This document shows, piece after piece, positions 1 to 8,847 of a DNA stretch of 64,000 nt; the stretch's first letter is position 1, and each line of letters begins with the position of its first letter. Below the pieces are notes generated by a model. It was not told the origin of the DNA. It saw nothing but the letters and a program-made list of their open reading frames with translations, and ran no database searches. The DNA is taken from contig JAJCZF010000061.1 of the NCBI GenBank assembly GCA_029262535.1, forward strand, positions 2,778 to 66,777. The letters run 5' to 3'. Source of the DNA: Deltaproteobacteria bacterium. GTDB lineage: Bacteria > Desulfobacterota > GWC2-55-46 > JAJCZF01. Made by a program: the position numbers and the translations under genes.

Positions 1-1338
1 CTCTTTCGTGCCGTCCGAGGCGGTATAGGAGATATCGAAACGCGCAGGGAGCACGAAGTCTATCTGTATAGTTATAATGGTATCTTCTTTGCCCATAACG
101 TTTCGGGCCTGTATGTCGAGCTTCGGGCCGTAGAAGGCCGCCTCTCCACGACCTATCTCGTACTCAAGGTCTAGCTTGTCGAGAGCGCCGAGAAACATAC
201 TCTCGGCCTTCTCCCAGAGGGCGTCGTCGTCGACGTACTTGCCCTTCTCGTCGTCTCTAAGTGAAGCGCGGAAGCTGACAACATCCCTTATACCCAAGGC
301 CCTCATTACATAATCTGCAAGCTCGACGGCGGCAGAGAATTCCTCTTCCATCTGGTCCATGCGGCATATTATATGAGAGTCGGCAAGGTGAAAGGACATT
401 ACCCTTATAAGACCCGTTAGCGTGCCGGATAGCTCGCGTCTAAACTGCGTGGCAAGCTCGGCGTAACGCATCGGCAGGTCGCGGTAGGACCTGAGCTTGC
501 TCTTGTACATCATAAAGTGGTGCGGGCATGTCATGGGGCGAAGCACATACTCCTGACCCTCAAGGTCCATCGGAGGGTACATAGAATCCTTATAGTGCTG
601 CCAGTGGCCCGAGGCCTCGTAGAGAGACTTATGGCCGAGATCGGGCGAGTATACGTGCAGATAACCGCGGCTGACCTCTTCGTCCACGATAAAGCGTTCG
701 AGGATGCGCCTTATGGTCGCGCCCTTTGGCAAGAAGAGCGGAAGCCCCTTGCCGACCAGTTCGGATACGGTAAATAACTCAAGCTCTTCGCCAAGGCGGC
801 GGTGGTCGCGCTTCATAGCCTCCTCGCGGCGGGCTATATAGTCCTTTAACTCCGGTTTTTCCATAAAGGCCCACGCGTAGATACGCTGCATCATCGGATT
901 ATCGGAAGAGCCGCGCCAGTACGCGCCGGCTACGGAAGAGAGCTTATAGGCCCTCTGCCTGAGATGTTTCGTATTTTCAACATGCGGCCCCATGCAGAGA
1001 TCGGTAAAGTCGCCAAGCTTGTAGACGCTAATGATCTCGCCCTCTGGCAGACCGTTTATCAGTTCGACCTTATAGGGCTGGTCTTTGAAAAATTCCAAGG
1101 CAGCTTCACGTGAGAGCTCGCTCCTCTCAATGTCGAGCCCCTGCTTGGTGATCTTCTTCATCTCGGACTGAATGGCCTTGAGGCTCTCTTCGTTAAGCGG
1201 CTCGGAAAAGTCGAAATCGTAATAAAAGCCGTCGTCTATGGCAGGGCCTATGCCGAATTTGACATCCGGGTAGAGCCTCTGTACGGCTGCGGCTAATACG
1301 TGCGCAAGCGAGTGGCGTACTGTTTCTATATTGCTCAT
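1..1338 (-). CDS. thrS: threonine--tRNA ligase, 5' part (446 codons; the 3' end lies left of the window)
   Basis: My own minus-strand translation from the ATG (complement of 1336-1338) reads MSNIETVRHSLAHVLAAAVQRLYPDVKFGIGPAIDDGFYYDFDF (editing-domain HxxxH). Later it reads YVLRPMTCPHHFMMYKSKLRSYRDLPMRYAELATQFRRELSGTLTGLIRV (class II core). The frame stays open to base 1, which explains its absence from the ORF track. Confidence 0.9.
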   Translation of the reverse strand, partial: MSNIETVRHSLAHVLAAAVQRLYPDVKFGIGPAIDDGFYYDFDFSEPLNEESLKAIQSEMKKITKQGLDIERSELSREAALEFFKDQPYKVELINGLPEGEIISVYKLGDFTDLCMGPHVENTKHLRQRAYKLSSVAGAYWRGSSDNPMMQRIYAWAFMEKPELKDYIARREEAMKRDHRRLGEELELFTVSELVGKGLPLFLPKGATIRRILERFIVDEEVSRGYLHVYSPDLGHKSLYEASGHWQHYKDSMYPPMDLEGQEYVLRPMTCPHHFMMYKSKLRSYRDLPMRYAELATQFRRELSGTLTGLIRVMSFHLADSHIICRMDQMEEEFSAAVELADYVMRALGIRDVVSFRASLRDDEKGKYVDDDALWEKAESMFLGALDKLDLEYEIGRGEAAFYGPKLDIQARNVMGKEDTIITIQIDFVLPARFDISYTASDGTKE

Positions 1339-1573
1339 GTCGTAAAATCCTTTATATTGTGATTATTCTCGTAACTATACGAATATACAGATGATATAGA
1401 AATAGCCCCGCCATGTCAACCCGAAAGCCGCCTATTTTAACCCTATTTGAGCCCTATTTTAGACGACAAACTCCAAATTTGACTTTATGAAGTCACGTAG
1501 TTCATGTTATTCTATTTTATTAAATAAAAACGGCATCGCCGTTTCCACTTTCAAGCGCCTAACAAATAGAGAT

Positions 1574-4201
1574 ATGGGACATACAGAGACAAATACAAAT
1601 AGAGATCTAGCCATACTGCTCTTATTCTTTCTTACGGGCCTAACGGGGCTCGCATACGAGCTGGTATGGATTCGCCTGCTGATACTGGTCTTCGGCTCGA
1701 CCCAGTTTGCATTTACCACGGTGCTTACGACCTTTATGGCTGGCCTTGCGCTCGGTTCGCTGATATTCGGGCGTCTGGTGGACAGGCACGACAACCCGCT
1801 AAAGCTCTACGGAATACTCGAACTCGCACTAGGCGCTTATTGCCTCGCCTCTCCCCTGGTCTTTGAAGCTGTCAGGTATATCTACTTAAATGTCATCGGC
1901 CCCTCGGAGACCGGAGCCGGATTTAACGGGGTGCAGTTCGGACTTGCCTTTATCGCCCTAATCGTGCCGACTACACTCATGGGCGGCACGCTACCGATAA
2001 TCGTAAAGTACCTGACAAAACGCCAGAAGACGGTCGGTTTCAATACGGCGCTGGCCTATTCGGTAAATACCATCGGAGCGGTCGTGGGCTGTCTTATAAC
2101 CGGCCTTGCTACACTATATCTCTTCGGCGTAAAGAGCACGCTCTACGGTGCGGGACTTATAGATATCGCCATCGGAATCGTGCTTATAGGTATACTCTCG
2201 GTCGGAGCCGGCGGATATAAAAGCAGCAAGGAAAGGACTGAAGAAGAGCCCTGCGCCATCTCAAAGACCGGCGACGGACGGGCTCTAATCTCACGCTCGG
2301 CGCTCTTTATCATCATCTCCATATTCGCCATATCGGGCTTCTGCTCGCTCGTATACGAGGTTTTATGGACACGCGTCCTTTCGCTCATTATCGGCTCTTC
2401 GGTATATGCCTTTACCATCATGCTTGCGACATTCCTTCTCGGCATCGGGCTTGGCTCTATAATATTCGCGCCGTTTATCGACAGGTGTAAAAAGCCGGTA
2501 TTCTGGTTCGCCGTACTGGAGGCCGTAATCGGCCTATCGAGCCTTGGGGCGATATTCTTCTATAAAGAGCTGCCCTTTATCTTTTACGAGATAAATGCAA
2601 AATACTCGGAAAATTTCGCCCTCTTCCTAACGATTGAATTCTTCTTTTGCGCGGCCCTTATGATAATCCCCACGTTGTCAATGGGCGCGATCTTCCCGCT
2701 CGTAGGCAAGATATATGCGCGCGGCGGGAGCTCGGTCGGCAGGACCATCGGGGACGTATATTTCTTTAATACCGCCGGCGCTATATTCGGGGCATTCCTG
2801 GGGGGCTTTGTGCTCATGCCCATACTCGGCGTACAAAAGGCCGTCATACTGACCGCCGCGATAAATATCGCCGCCGCCGTTATCCTGGTTTTCGTATCCT
2901 CTACCGGGGTAGTGAGAAAGGCCGCCTCCTCCGTCTTATTTATCGCTCTATTTATCGCACTCACCGTCTCGCTCCCGAACTGGGACCGCATGATCATGAC
3001 ACTCGGCCTCTACTCGAATGTCGTCGGCACAGAGAATATAAAGAAGGTCGCCGAGGGCAACACGGGCGACCACCTCGCCTATTACAAAGAGGGCGTAAAC
3101 GCCATCATCACGGTGAGAAAGAGCGGGCCGGGCGGCATGGACATAACCTATCAGGCCAATGGCAAACAAGAGGCCCGAGCCAGAGGTCCAAGGCCCGCCG
3201 AGGCATGGTCGCTGCTTGGGCATATTCCGGTCCTTATGATGAAAGAACCGCCGCAAAATGCCCTGCTCGTCGGTTTGGGCAGCGGCATTACACTCGGCGC
3301 CCTGACGCGTTATCCTTTTAAATCGATAGATGCCGTAGAGCTAGAGCCTGCGGTTGTAGTTGCGGCCTCTTACTTTTACGAGTCTAATAACGACGCGCTC
3401 GAAGATAAACGCGTAAAACTCCACCTTGCCGACGGGCGTAACTTTCTCTTTACGACAAAGAAGAAGTACGACGTCATCGTCTCGGCCGTCTCAGACCCGT
3501 GGATAAGCGGCGTCTCTAACCTATTTACCTATGAATATTTTACCAGGATGAGCGAGCAGTTAAATGAAGGCGGCACAACGGCCCTCTGGTTCCAGAACTA
3601 TCGCATAAGGCCTGCAGAGTTGAAGATCGGGCTTAAGACCTTTGCCACGGTCTTTCCTTATGTCAGTATCTACTTTCACTACACCAATACGACCGACCTC
3701 ATCGTCATAGGCTCGAACGAGCCGCATGCCTTTGACATGGGAACGCTCGACAAATATTTTCGTATAGACGAGGTGCGAGACGACCTCAGAAGGATCGATA
3801 TAACGGGGCCGCTCGACCTCTTAGACCTCTTCCTTATCGGGGATAAAGACCTTCGCGCTTACATGGGAGATGCGATCATAAATACCGACGAGAGGCCATT
3901 TCTTGAGTTCGCCCTTCCGAAGCTGCTCTACATGGACCCGGCCAGGGCCATCAATAATGTTCAGGAGATTATAGGGCTAACCACGGAAGTGCTTGCCCCG
4001 GTGACCTTCCCCGAGAGGTGGACGGCGCGAGACAGGGCGCGTTTTTACTTTGAGCTTGGTAAGAAATATGCGAATTCGAGCTTTCGCCTAAGACAGGCGG
4101 TAAAGCTCTTTGAGAAGGCCCTTATAGAGGACCCCGCCCACAAGGCCGCGCGTGAACACCTAAAGATGCTCAAGAGAGAACTCGGCCTCAAGGACGCTTA
4201 A
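1574..4201 (+). CDS. polytopic membrane domain fused to a spermidine-synthase-fold domain, with a TPR-like C-terminal tail (family usually annotated as fused MFS/spermidine synthase)
   Basis: ORF 1487-4201. I moved the start to ATG 1574 (MGHTETN) because the first 29 codons are an AT-rich leader containing a hairpin. Many hydrophobic segments are followed by LLVGLGSGITLGAL, VELEPAVV, LADGRNFL and YDVIVSAVSDPW (spermidine-synthase Rossmann and acidic motifs). The tail reads ELGKKYANSSFRLRQAVKLFEKALIEDPAHKAAREHL (TPR-like). Confidence 0.75.
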   Translation: MGHTETNTNRDLAILLLFFLTGLTGLAYELVWIRLLILVFGSTQFAFTTVLTTFMAGLALGSLIFGRLVDRHDNPLKLYGILELALGAYCLASPLVFEAVRYIYLNVIGPSETGAGFNGVQFGLAFIALIVPTTLMGGTLPIIVKYLTKRQKTVGFNTALAYSVNTIGAVVGCLITGLATLYLFGVKSTLYGAGLIDIAIGIVLIGILSVGAGGYKSSKERTEEEPCAISKTGDGRALISRSALFIIISIFAISGFCSLVYEVLWTRVLSLIIGSSVYAFTIMLATFLLGIGLGSIIFAPFIDRCKKPVFWFAVLEAVIGLSSLGAIFFYKELPFIFYEINAKYSENFALFLTIEFFFCAALMIIPTLSMGAIFPLVGKIYARGGSSVGRTIGDVYFFNTAGAIFGAFLGGFVLMPILGVQKAVILTAAINIAAAVILVFVSSTGVVRKAASSVLFIALFIALTVSLPNWDRMIMTLGLYSNVVGTENIKKVAEGNTGDHLAYYKEGVNAIITVRKSGPGGMDITYQANGKQEARARGPRPAEAWSLLGHIPVLMMKEPPQNALLVGLGSGITLGALTRYPFKSIDAVELEPAVVVAASYFYESNNDALEDKRVKLHLADGRNFLFTTKKKYDVIVSAVSDPWISGVSNLFTYEYFTRMSEQLNEGGTTALWFQNYRIRPAELKIGLKTFATVFPYVSIYFHYTNTTDLIVIGSNEPHAFDMGTLDKYFRIDEVRDDLRRIDITGPLDLLDLFLIGDKDLRAYMGDAIINTDERPFLEFALPKLLYMDPARAINNVQEIIGLTTEVLAPVTFPERWTARDRARFYFELGKKYANSSFRLRQAVKLFEKALIEDPAHKAAREHLKMLKRELGLKDA

Positions 4202-6071
4202 GGCCGCTACCCGACAAACGCCTCTTGACATGTTCGAGATTCTTGGCGGCAAGTTCATTGCCGGGGTGCAGCCTCAGGGCCTTCAGATATTCTTCACGGG
4301 CGAGCAGGTACTTGCCCGTCAGGACGTAGGCGTTTGCGATATTAACGTGTACATTCGAGGTATGAACCCTATCCATGACGCTCTCTTTCGCATACTCGCT
4401 CTCAAGTGCGAGCTTGAAGTGTCTTATGGCCTCTCTATTCTTTCCGGTATTTAAGAGGGCCGTGCCGATATTATAACGCGCGTCCTCATATGCGGGGTCG
4501 ATCTCAAGCGCGGCCCCAAAGAGCCTTATAGCGTCGAGATAATTGCCGCCCCTCATCGATATTACACCGAGATTGGTAAGGGCCTTTACCGAATCGGGCT
4601 TTAACCTAAGGGCCTCTCTCAAGGATGCGACCGCCTCGCTCGACCGCCCCGCCATCATATAAGAGTTGGCAAGATCGATATGTCTGCCCGCCACATTCGG
4701 GCTCTCGGCCACTTCATTTTCATAAAATAGCACCCGGTCCCCCCACTGGAGATTTCTCTGGTAGGTAAGAAGTCCCAGCAGAAGCAAGACAGCAACAAGC
4801 AAAGCCCACATCACCCTGCCCCTCATAAGACCTTTAAAACGCGAAGATATATAATGTATCGCAGCCGATATAAAGATAAAAAAACCGACCGACGGCAGAT
4901 AAGACCTGTGTTCGAATATCGGATGTTGTATAGGTATGACCGACGACTCGACGCTCATCGTAATAAAGAACCAGACGATACCAAGAGAGGCGAGTATTCC
5001 GTAATAGGAACGCCTTGCGGCCGAACGGATAAAGAGCCAGATCGCGACGCCGAATATAAAGAGCAGGACGAGACCGGGAAGAAAGACCCTAGCATCCGCG
5101 AGCGAACGCGCCGGCGGGTAGTCGTAGAGCAGGTGTAGCCCTTCAGGAATAAAAAAGAGCTTAATATATACCAGTATTACGCCAAACTGCGTAATGAAAT
5201 AATTATAACGCGGCACCTTATCGAGATCCCGCAGCTGCGCCTCATTCATTACCGACTGCACGCTACTCTCTCCACCGGCCATAAGGCTCGGTCCGTAGAG
5301 GAAGAGAGGAATGATAAAGAGTGTCAAGAGGAAGGGTATAAGCGCAAGCCATCTGGAGGCCGGTTTAGCCGAGCCGGGCGATTTAGCCGTTTTAGATGGA
5401 ACCATAAAAACAAATTCAAAGAGCATCACTATAAACGGCAGCGTAAAGGCTATCTCCTTGGTTCTCATTGCGACCACCGCGCTTATTAGAGCGGTTATAT
5501 AGTAAAACCGCGCCTGCCGCGCATGGGCCGCCCTCTCACCACCAAACGAAATCAGGCGTGACTTAAGGTATAGAACCAGCGAAAGCAGGTAAAAGAGAGT
5601 AGCGAGCGAGGCGAAGCGCTGCGTTATATAGGCTACGGCCTGAGTCTGGAGCGGGTGCAGAAGAAATAAGAGCGAAGCCGCCAGCGCAAGACTAGCGGTA
5701 CTTGATAAGGCCTGACCATCGGACTCGGCCCGCGCGGAAGTCAAGAGCGGCGTACCTGCCAGCAAGCTTACCATCAAATAGACAAGTATGGCGTTGATCA
5801 CATGTATAAAAACATTGCTTATATGATACCCAAATGTATCGAGGCCGGAAATAGCATAGTTCAGCGCAAAGCTCAGGTAGGTGACGTAACGGGCCCCCGC
5901 GAGATCGGCAAAGCTTGAAAGATCCCGGATCTTCATATTATTTACAATATTATCGGCGTCGTCGAGGATAAAGGGGCCGTAAAGGGCCGCCGAGTAGACC
6001 AGGAGCCCAAGGGCTATAAAGAGGGGCGCGATATACTTAATGGGAATATTTGCGTCCTGATTCTGTTTCAT
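4188..6071 (-). CDS. TMTC-like polytopic membrane protein (putative GT-C glycosyltransferase) with about 5 C-terminal TPRs, paralogue P1
   Basis: ORF 4188-6083. ATG 6071 is preferred over TTG 6083 because AAGGA lies just upstream. Motifs: FILDDADNIV, GYHISNVFIHVINA, HPLQTQAVAY, TKEIAFTLPF, FEHRSYLPSVGF, junction RNLQWGDRVLF, then TPRs such as EALRLKPDSVKALTNLG. Confidence 0.8.
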   Translation of the reverse strand: MKQNQDANIPIKYIAPLFIALGLLVYSAALYGPFILDDADNIVNNMKIRDLSSFADLAGARYVTYLSFALNYAISGLDTFGYHISNVFIHVINAILVYLMVSLLAGTPLLTSARAESDGQALSSTASLALAASLLFLLHPLQTQAVAYITQRFASLATLFYLLSLVLYLKSRLISFGGERAAHARQARFYYITALISAVVAMRTKEIAFTLPFIVMLFEFVFMVPSKTAKSPGSAKPASRWLALIPFLLTLFIIPLFLYGPSLMAGGESSVQSVMNEAQLRDLDKVPRYNYFITQFGVILVYIKLFFIPEGLHLLYDYPPARSLADARVFLPGLVLLFIFGVAIWLFIRSAARRSYYGILASLGIVWFFITMSVESSVIPIQHPIFEHRSYLPSVGFFIFISAAIHYISSRFKGLMRGRVMWALLVAVLLLLGLLTYQRNLQWGDRVLFYENEVAESPNVAGRHIDLANSYMMAGRSSEAVASLREALRLKPDSVKALTNLGVISMRGGNYLDAIRLFGAALEIDPAYEDARYNIGTALLNTGKNREAIRHFKLALESEYAKESVMDRVHTSNVHVNIANAYVLTGKYLLAREEYLKALRLHPGNELAAKNLEHVKRRLSGSGLKRP

Positions 6072-6185
6072 CGGTCCTTTCAACGGTCCTTTTAATGGAT
6101 AGCTGGATACGATTTTGGGACTAATACTCTGAGCCCTCTATACATCTGTCAAAGATAACACACGGTTAAGGCAAAAACCATAAAA

Positions 6186-6214
6186 TTGACTTAAGGGCTT
6201 TTGTCCTATAACAT
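6186..6214 (+). promoter_or_regulatory. sigma70-like promoter candidate for P2
   Basis: TTGACT (6186-6191), 17-nt spacer, TAACAT (6209-6214). The ATG at 6222 follows after only 7 nt, and no Shine-Dalgarno is seen. Confidence 0.3.
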
Positions 6215-6221
6215 AAGCAGA

Positions 6222-8045
6222 ATGAGCATCAACACAAACAGGACAGGCGGCTTTACGCCGCCGTTCATAATCGCGGCCTTTGCAACGGCTATATACCTGA
6301 TCTCTCTTGCAAACGGCTTTGTCTACGACGACCACTTCCTTATAGAGTCCAATAGCTGGATAGAGGGGCTGCGTATCTATGACATATTCACGCGCTCCGA
6401 GTGGTCCTTCGCCTCTGGCGAGAGTCCTATCAACTACTACAGGCCCTTTTTCTATATCTTCCACGCCCTCTCTTATAATATCTTCGGCCCTGAAGCGTGG
6501 GGTTTTCATCTCTCAGCCCTTCTCTTAAACGCCTTTAACGCAGTGCTCGTCTACTATCTCGCGCGCGTTATAGTACCTGTGACAAAAGGAATAAGCTCTG
6601 ATGAAAATATTACGTGGGCGGCCTTTCTCGGAGCTTTGATATTCGCCGCGCATCCGGTTCATACCGAGTGCGTGGCCTGGGCCTCCGCCGTGGCTGACCC
6701 GCTCGTCACATGCTTTGTATTGCTCTCGCTACTTGTCTACATAAGAAAAGAGACGAAGGCCTGCGCCAGCCTGCTATCGCCGACCTTCTTCCTCTTCGCG
6801 CTCTTTTCCAAGGAGACGGCGATAGCGCTGCCCTTCTTCATAGTCCTATACGACCTTTTGATTGAAAGGAGATTACGTTTAAAGGGTTATCTTCCCTTTG
6901 TCGTCGTCGCCCTGGTCTACTTCGCACTCAGGCTGAACGCCCTTGGCGGCATGGCCCCGGAAGAGCTAAGTTATACGACAATGACAGGTTATGAAAAGCT
7001 TATAAATATTCTGCCTCTTCTGGCCCGTTATATCTTTACTCTATTCGTCCCCCTAAAGCTCAGCATCTTTCAGGACTTTCATCCCATAACTTCTCTCTTC
7101 GGCTTTAAGGGAATATTATCGATACTCTTCTCCATCGGTCTCATACTCGTAATGCTCGCGCTCTTAATAAGGAACCGGGTCGCGCTCTTTCTCCTCTTCA
7201 TGACCCTCTTGCCGCTCGGCCCGGCCCTCTATATCCCGGCGCTCGGCAGGGAGGTATTCGCAGAGAGATATCTCTATATGCCAAGCGCGGGTTTTGCCAT
7301 ACTTATCTCCCTTGTAATATTATATCTCTTCAACCGCTCTCAAGGACTAAAGAGGCCGGTTATTATAATCGCCTTCGCAGTCTCCGCAATCTTCGCGGTG
7401 GCGACTATTCTAAGGCTGCCTGCGTGGAAAAACGACTACACTATATGGCTCGACGCCTCCATAAAAACGCCCAATAGGGGTTACCCGCATATGATGCTCG
7501 GCCCGGAGCTTACAAAACGCGGCGAGTTCGACCTATCCGAAAAGTCGCTTAAAAGAGGAATAGAACTTGGCCTGTTGGAGCCGGACCTTCGGATGGCGCT
7601 CTATAATCTTGGTAATCTTTATATGAAAAAGGAAGAGCCGAACAGCGCTCTTAAGGCCTATGAAGAGGCCCGCGCCCTTGGCCACCCCTCGACAAAACTG
7701 CTCTACGCGCTCGGCGCGGCCTATGAAGAAAAGAGTTTGCTTGACGAAGCCCTTATAGTATATGAAAATGGTTTATTGAAGTCGCCCGGTGACCCCGATA
7801 TGCATGCCGCAGTTGGGCGCGTCCACAGAAAGAACGGACGGCTCAAGGAGGCGCGTCTCCACTACGAGACCGCCGTCAGCTTACACGGCGAGAGCGCGGA
7901 GTACAGAAACAACCTCGGCGTAATATACGCCATGCTCGGTCAAGTCAAAAAGGCCGAGGCCGAATTCCGGGCCGCGCTAAAGGCCGACCCCAAACAGGAA
8001 GACGCGCGCAGAAATCTCGAAAGACTAAAAAAAGAGAGCTTTTAA
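6222..8045 (+). CDS. TMTC-like membrane protein with about 5 TPRs, paralogue P2
   Basis: ORF 6201-8045 starts at TTG; the first ATG is at 6222 (MSINTNR). Motifs: FVYDDHFLIE, NYYRP, WGFHLSALLLNAFNA, HPVHTECVAW, SKETAIALPF, FAERYLYMPSAGF, junction LPAWKNDYTIWLD, then TPRs. Confidence 0.8.
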   Translation: MSINTNRTGGFTPPFIIAAFATAIYLISLANGFVYDDHFLIESNSWIEGLRIYDIFTRSEWSFASGESPINYYRPFFYIFHALSYNIFGPEAWGFHLSALLLNAFNAVLVYYLARVIVPVTKGISSDENITWAAFLGALIFAAHPVHTECVAWASAVADPLVTCFVLLSLLVYIRKETKACASLLSPTFFLFALFSKETAIALPFFIVLYDLLIERRLRLKGYLPFVVVALVYFALRLNALGGMAPEELSYTTMTGYEKLINILPLLARYIFTLFVPLKLSIFQDFHPITSLFGFKGILSILFSIGLILVMLALLIRNRVALFLLFMTLLPLGPALYIPALGREVFAERYLYMPSAGFAILISLVILYLFNRSQGLKRPVIIIAFAVSAIFAVATILRLPAWKNDYTIWLDASIKTPNRGYPHMMLGPELTKRGEFDLSEKSLKRGIELGLLEPDLRMALYNLGNLYMKKEEPNSALKAYEEARALGHPSTKLLYALGAAYEEKSLLDEALIVYENGLLKSPGDPDMHAAVGRVHRKNGRLKEARLHYETAVSLHGESAEYRNNLGVIYAMLGQVKKAEAEFRAALKADPKQEDARRNLERLKKESF

Positions 8046-8048
8046 ATA

Positions 8049-8834
8049 TTGGCAAATAAGTCGAATAACAAGAAGAAGCCGAAAAAGAGCCCGGTAAAAA
8101 AGGCTGCTAACTCCGCCCCCTACCTCTCGATAATAATGCCCTGCTATAACGAAGAGAAACTTATAGGGGATACGCTCGAAAAGGTGACCTCCTATCTTTC
8201 GGGCAGGTATAGCTACGAAGCCATTGTCGTTGACGACGGCAGTTCGGACGGCACGGTGGAGATCGCCACGGCTTTTTCTAAAAAGATACCCGAAGTGCGT
8301 GTTGTCGAAAACGGCAGGAACAGGGGCAAGGGTTTTACCGTCAAAAACGGCTTCCTTAACGCCAGGGGTGATGTCGCCATATTCACCGACGCCGACCTCT
8401 CGACACCGATAGAAGAGATAGAGAAGGTCATCGCCGGTATCTCCGAAGGCTACGACGTTGTGATCGGATCGCGCACGCACGGCTCATCCGACATCGCCGT
8501 GCACCAGCCCTGGTGGCGCGAGATAATGGGCAAGACATTTAACCTGATGGTCCAGACCCTGACCATCAAGGGCATTAAAGATACCCAGTGCGGTTTTAAA
8601 GGTTTTACAAAAAAGGCCTATCCTGAAGTATTCGAGCGGCAGACGATAGAAGGCTTCGGCTTTGATGTAGAGATATTATTTATCGCCTCCAAGTTCGACT
8701 TTAAGATAAAAGAGGTCGGGGTTACATGGATAAACCGGATAGAATCCCGCGTAAATCCATTTATCCACCCCATACTGATGATGATAGACCTCTTCAAGAT
8801 CAGGCTCGGCAGCATGGCGGGCAGATACAAGTAA
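8049..8834 (+). CDS. GT2 polyprenyl-phosphate hexosyltransferase (Dpm1/Alg5-like)
   Basis: TTG start, 3 nt after the P2 stop. Motifs: LSIIMPCYNEE, VVDDGSSDGT, NRGKGFTVKNG, AIFTDADLSTP (DxD), QCGFKGF. These are the typical GT-A dolichyl/undecaprenyl-phosphate sugar synthase blocks. Confidence 0.8.
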   Translation: MANKSNNKKKPKKSPVKKAANSAPYLSIIMPCYNEEKLIGDTLEKVTSYLSGRYSYEAIVVDDGSSDGTVEIATAFSKKIPEVRVVENGRNRGKGFTVKNGFLNARGDVAIFTDADLSTPIEEIEKVIAGISEGYDVVIGSRTHGSSDIAVHQPWWREIMGKTFNLMVQTLTIKGIKDTQCGFKGFTKKAYPEVFERQTIEGFGFDVEILFIASKFDFKIKEVGVTWINRIESRVNPFIHPILMMIDLFKIRLGSMAGRYK

Positions 8835-8847
8835 GGCCGCCTACTCG

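Noticed and set aside
1528-1544. Hairpin AAACGGC-ATC-GCCGTTT with a T-run on the minus strand, as a terminator
   Set aside because: On the minus strand it would terminate a transcript for which there is no upstream minus-strand gene. On the plus strand it lacks a U-tract. I used it only as an argument against the 1487 start.
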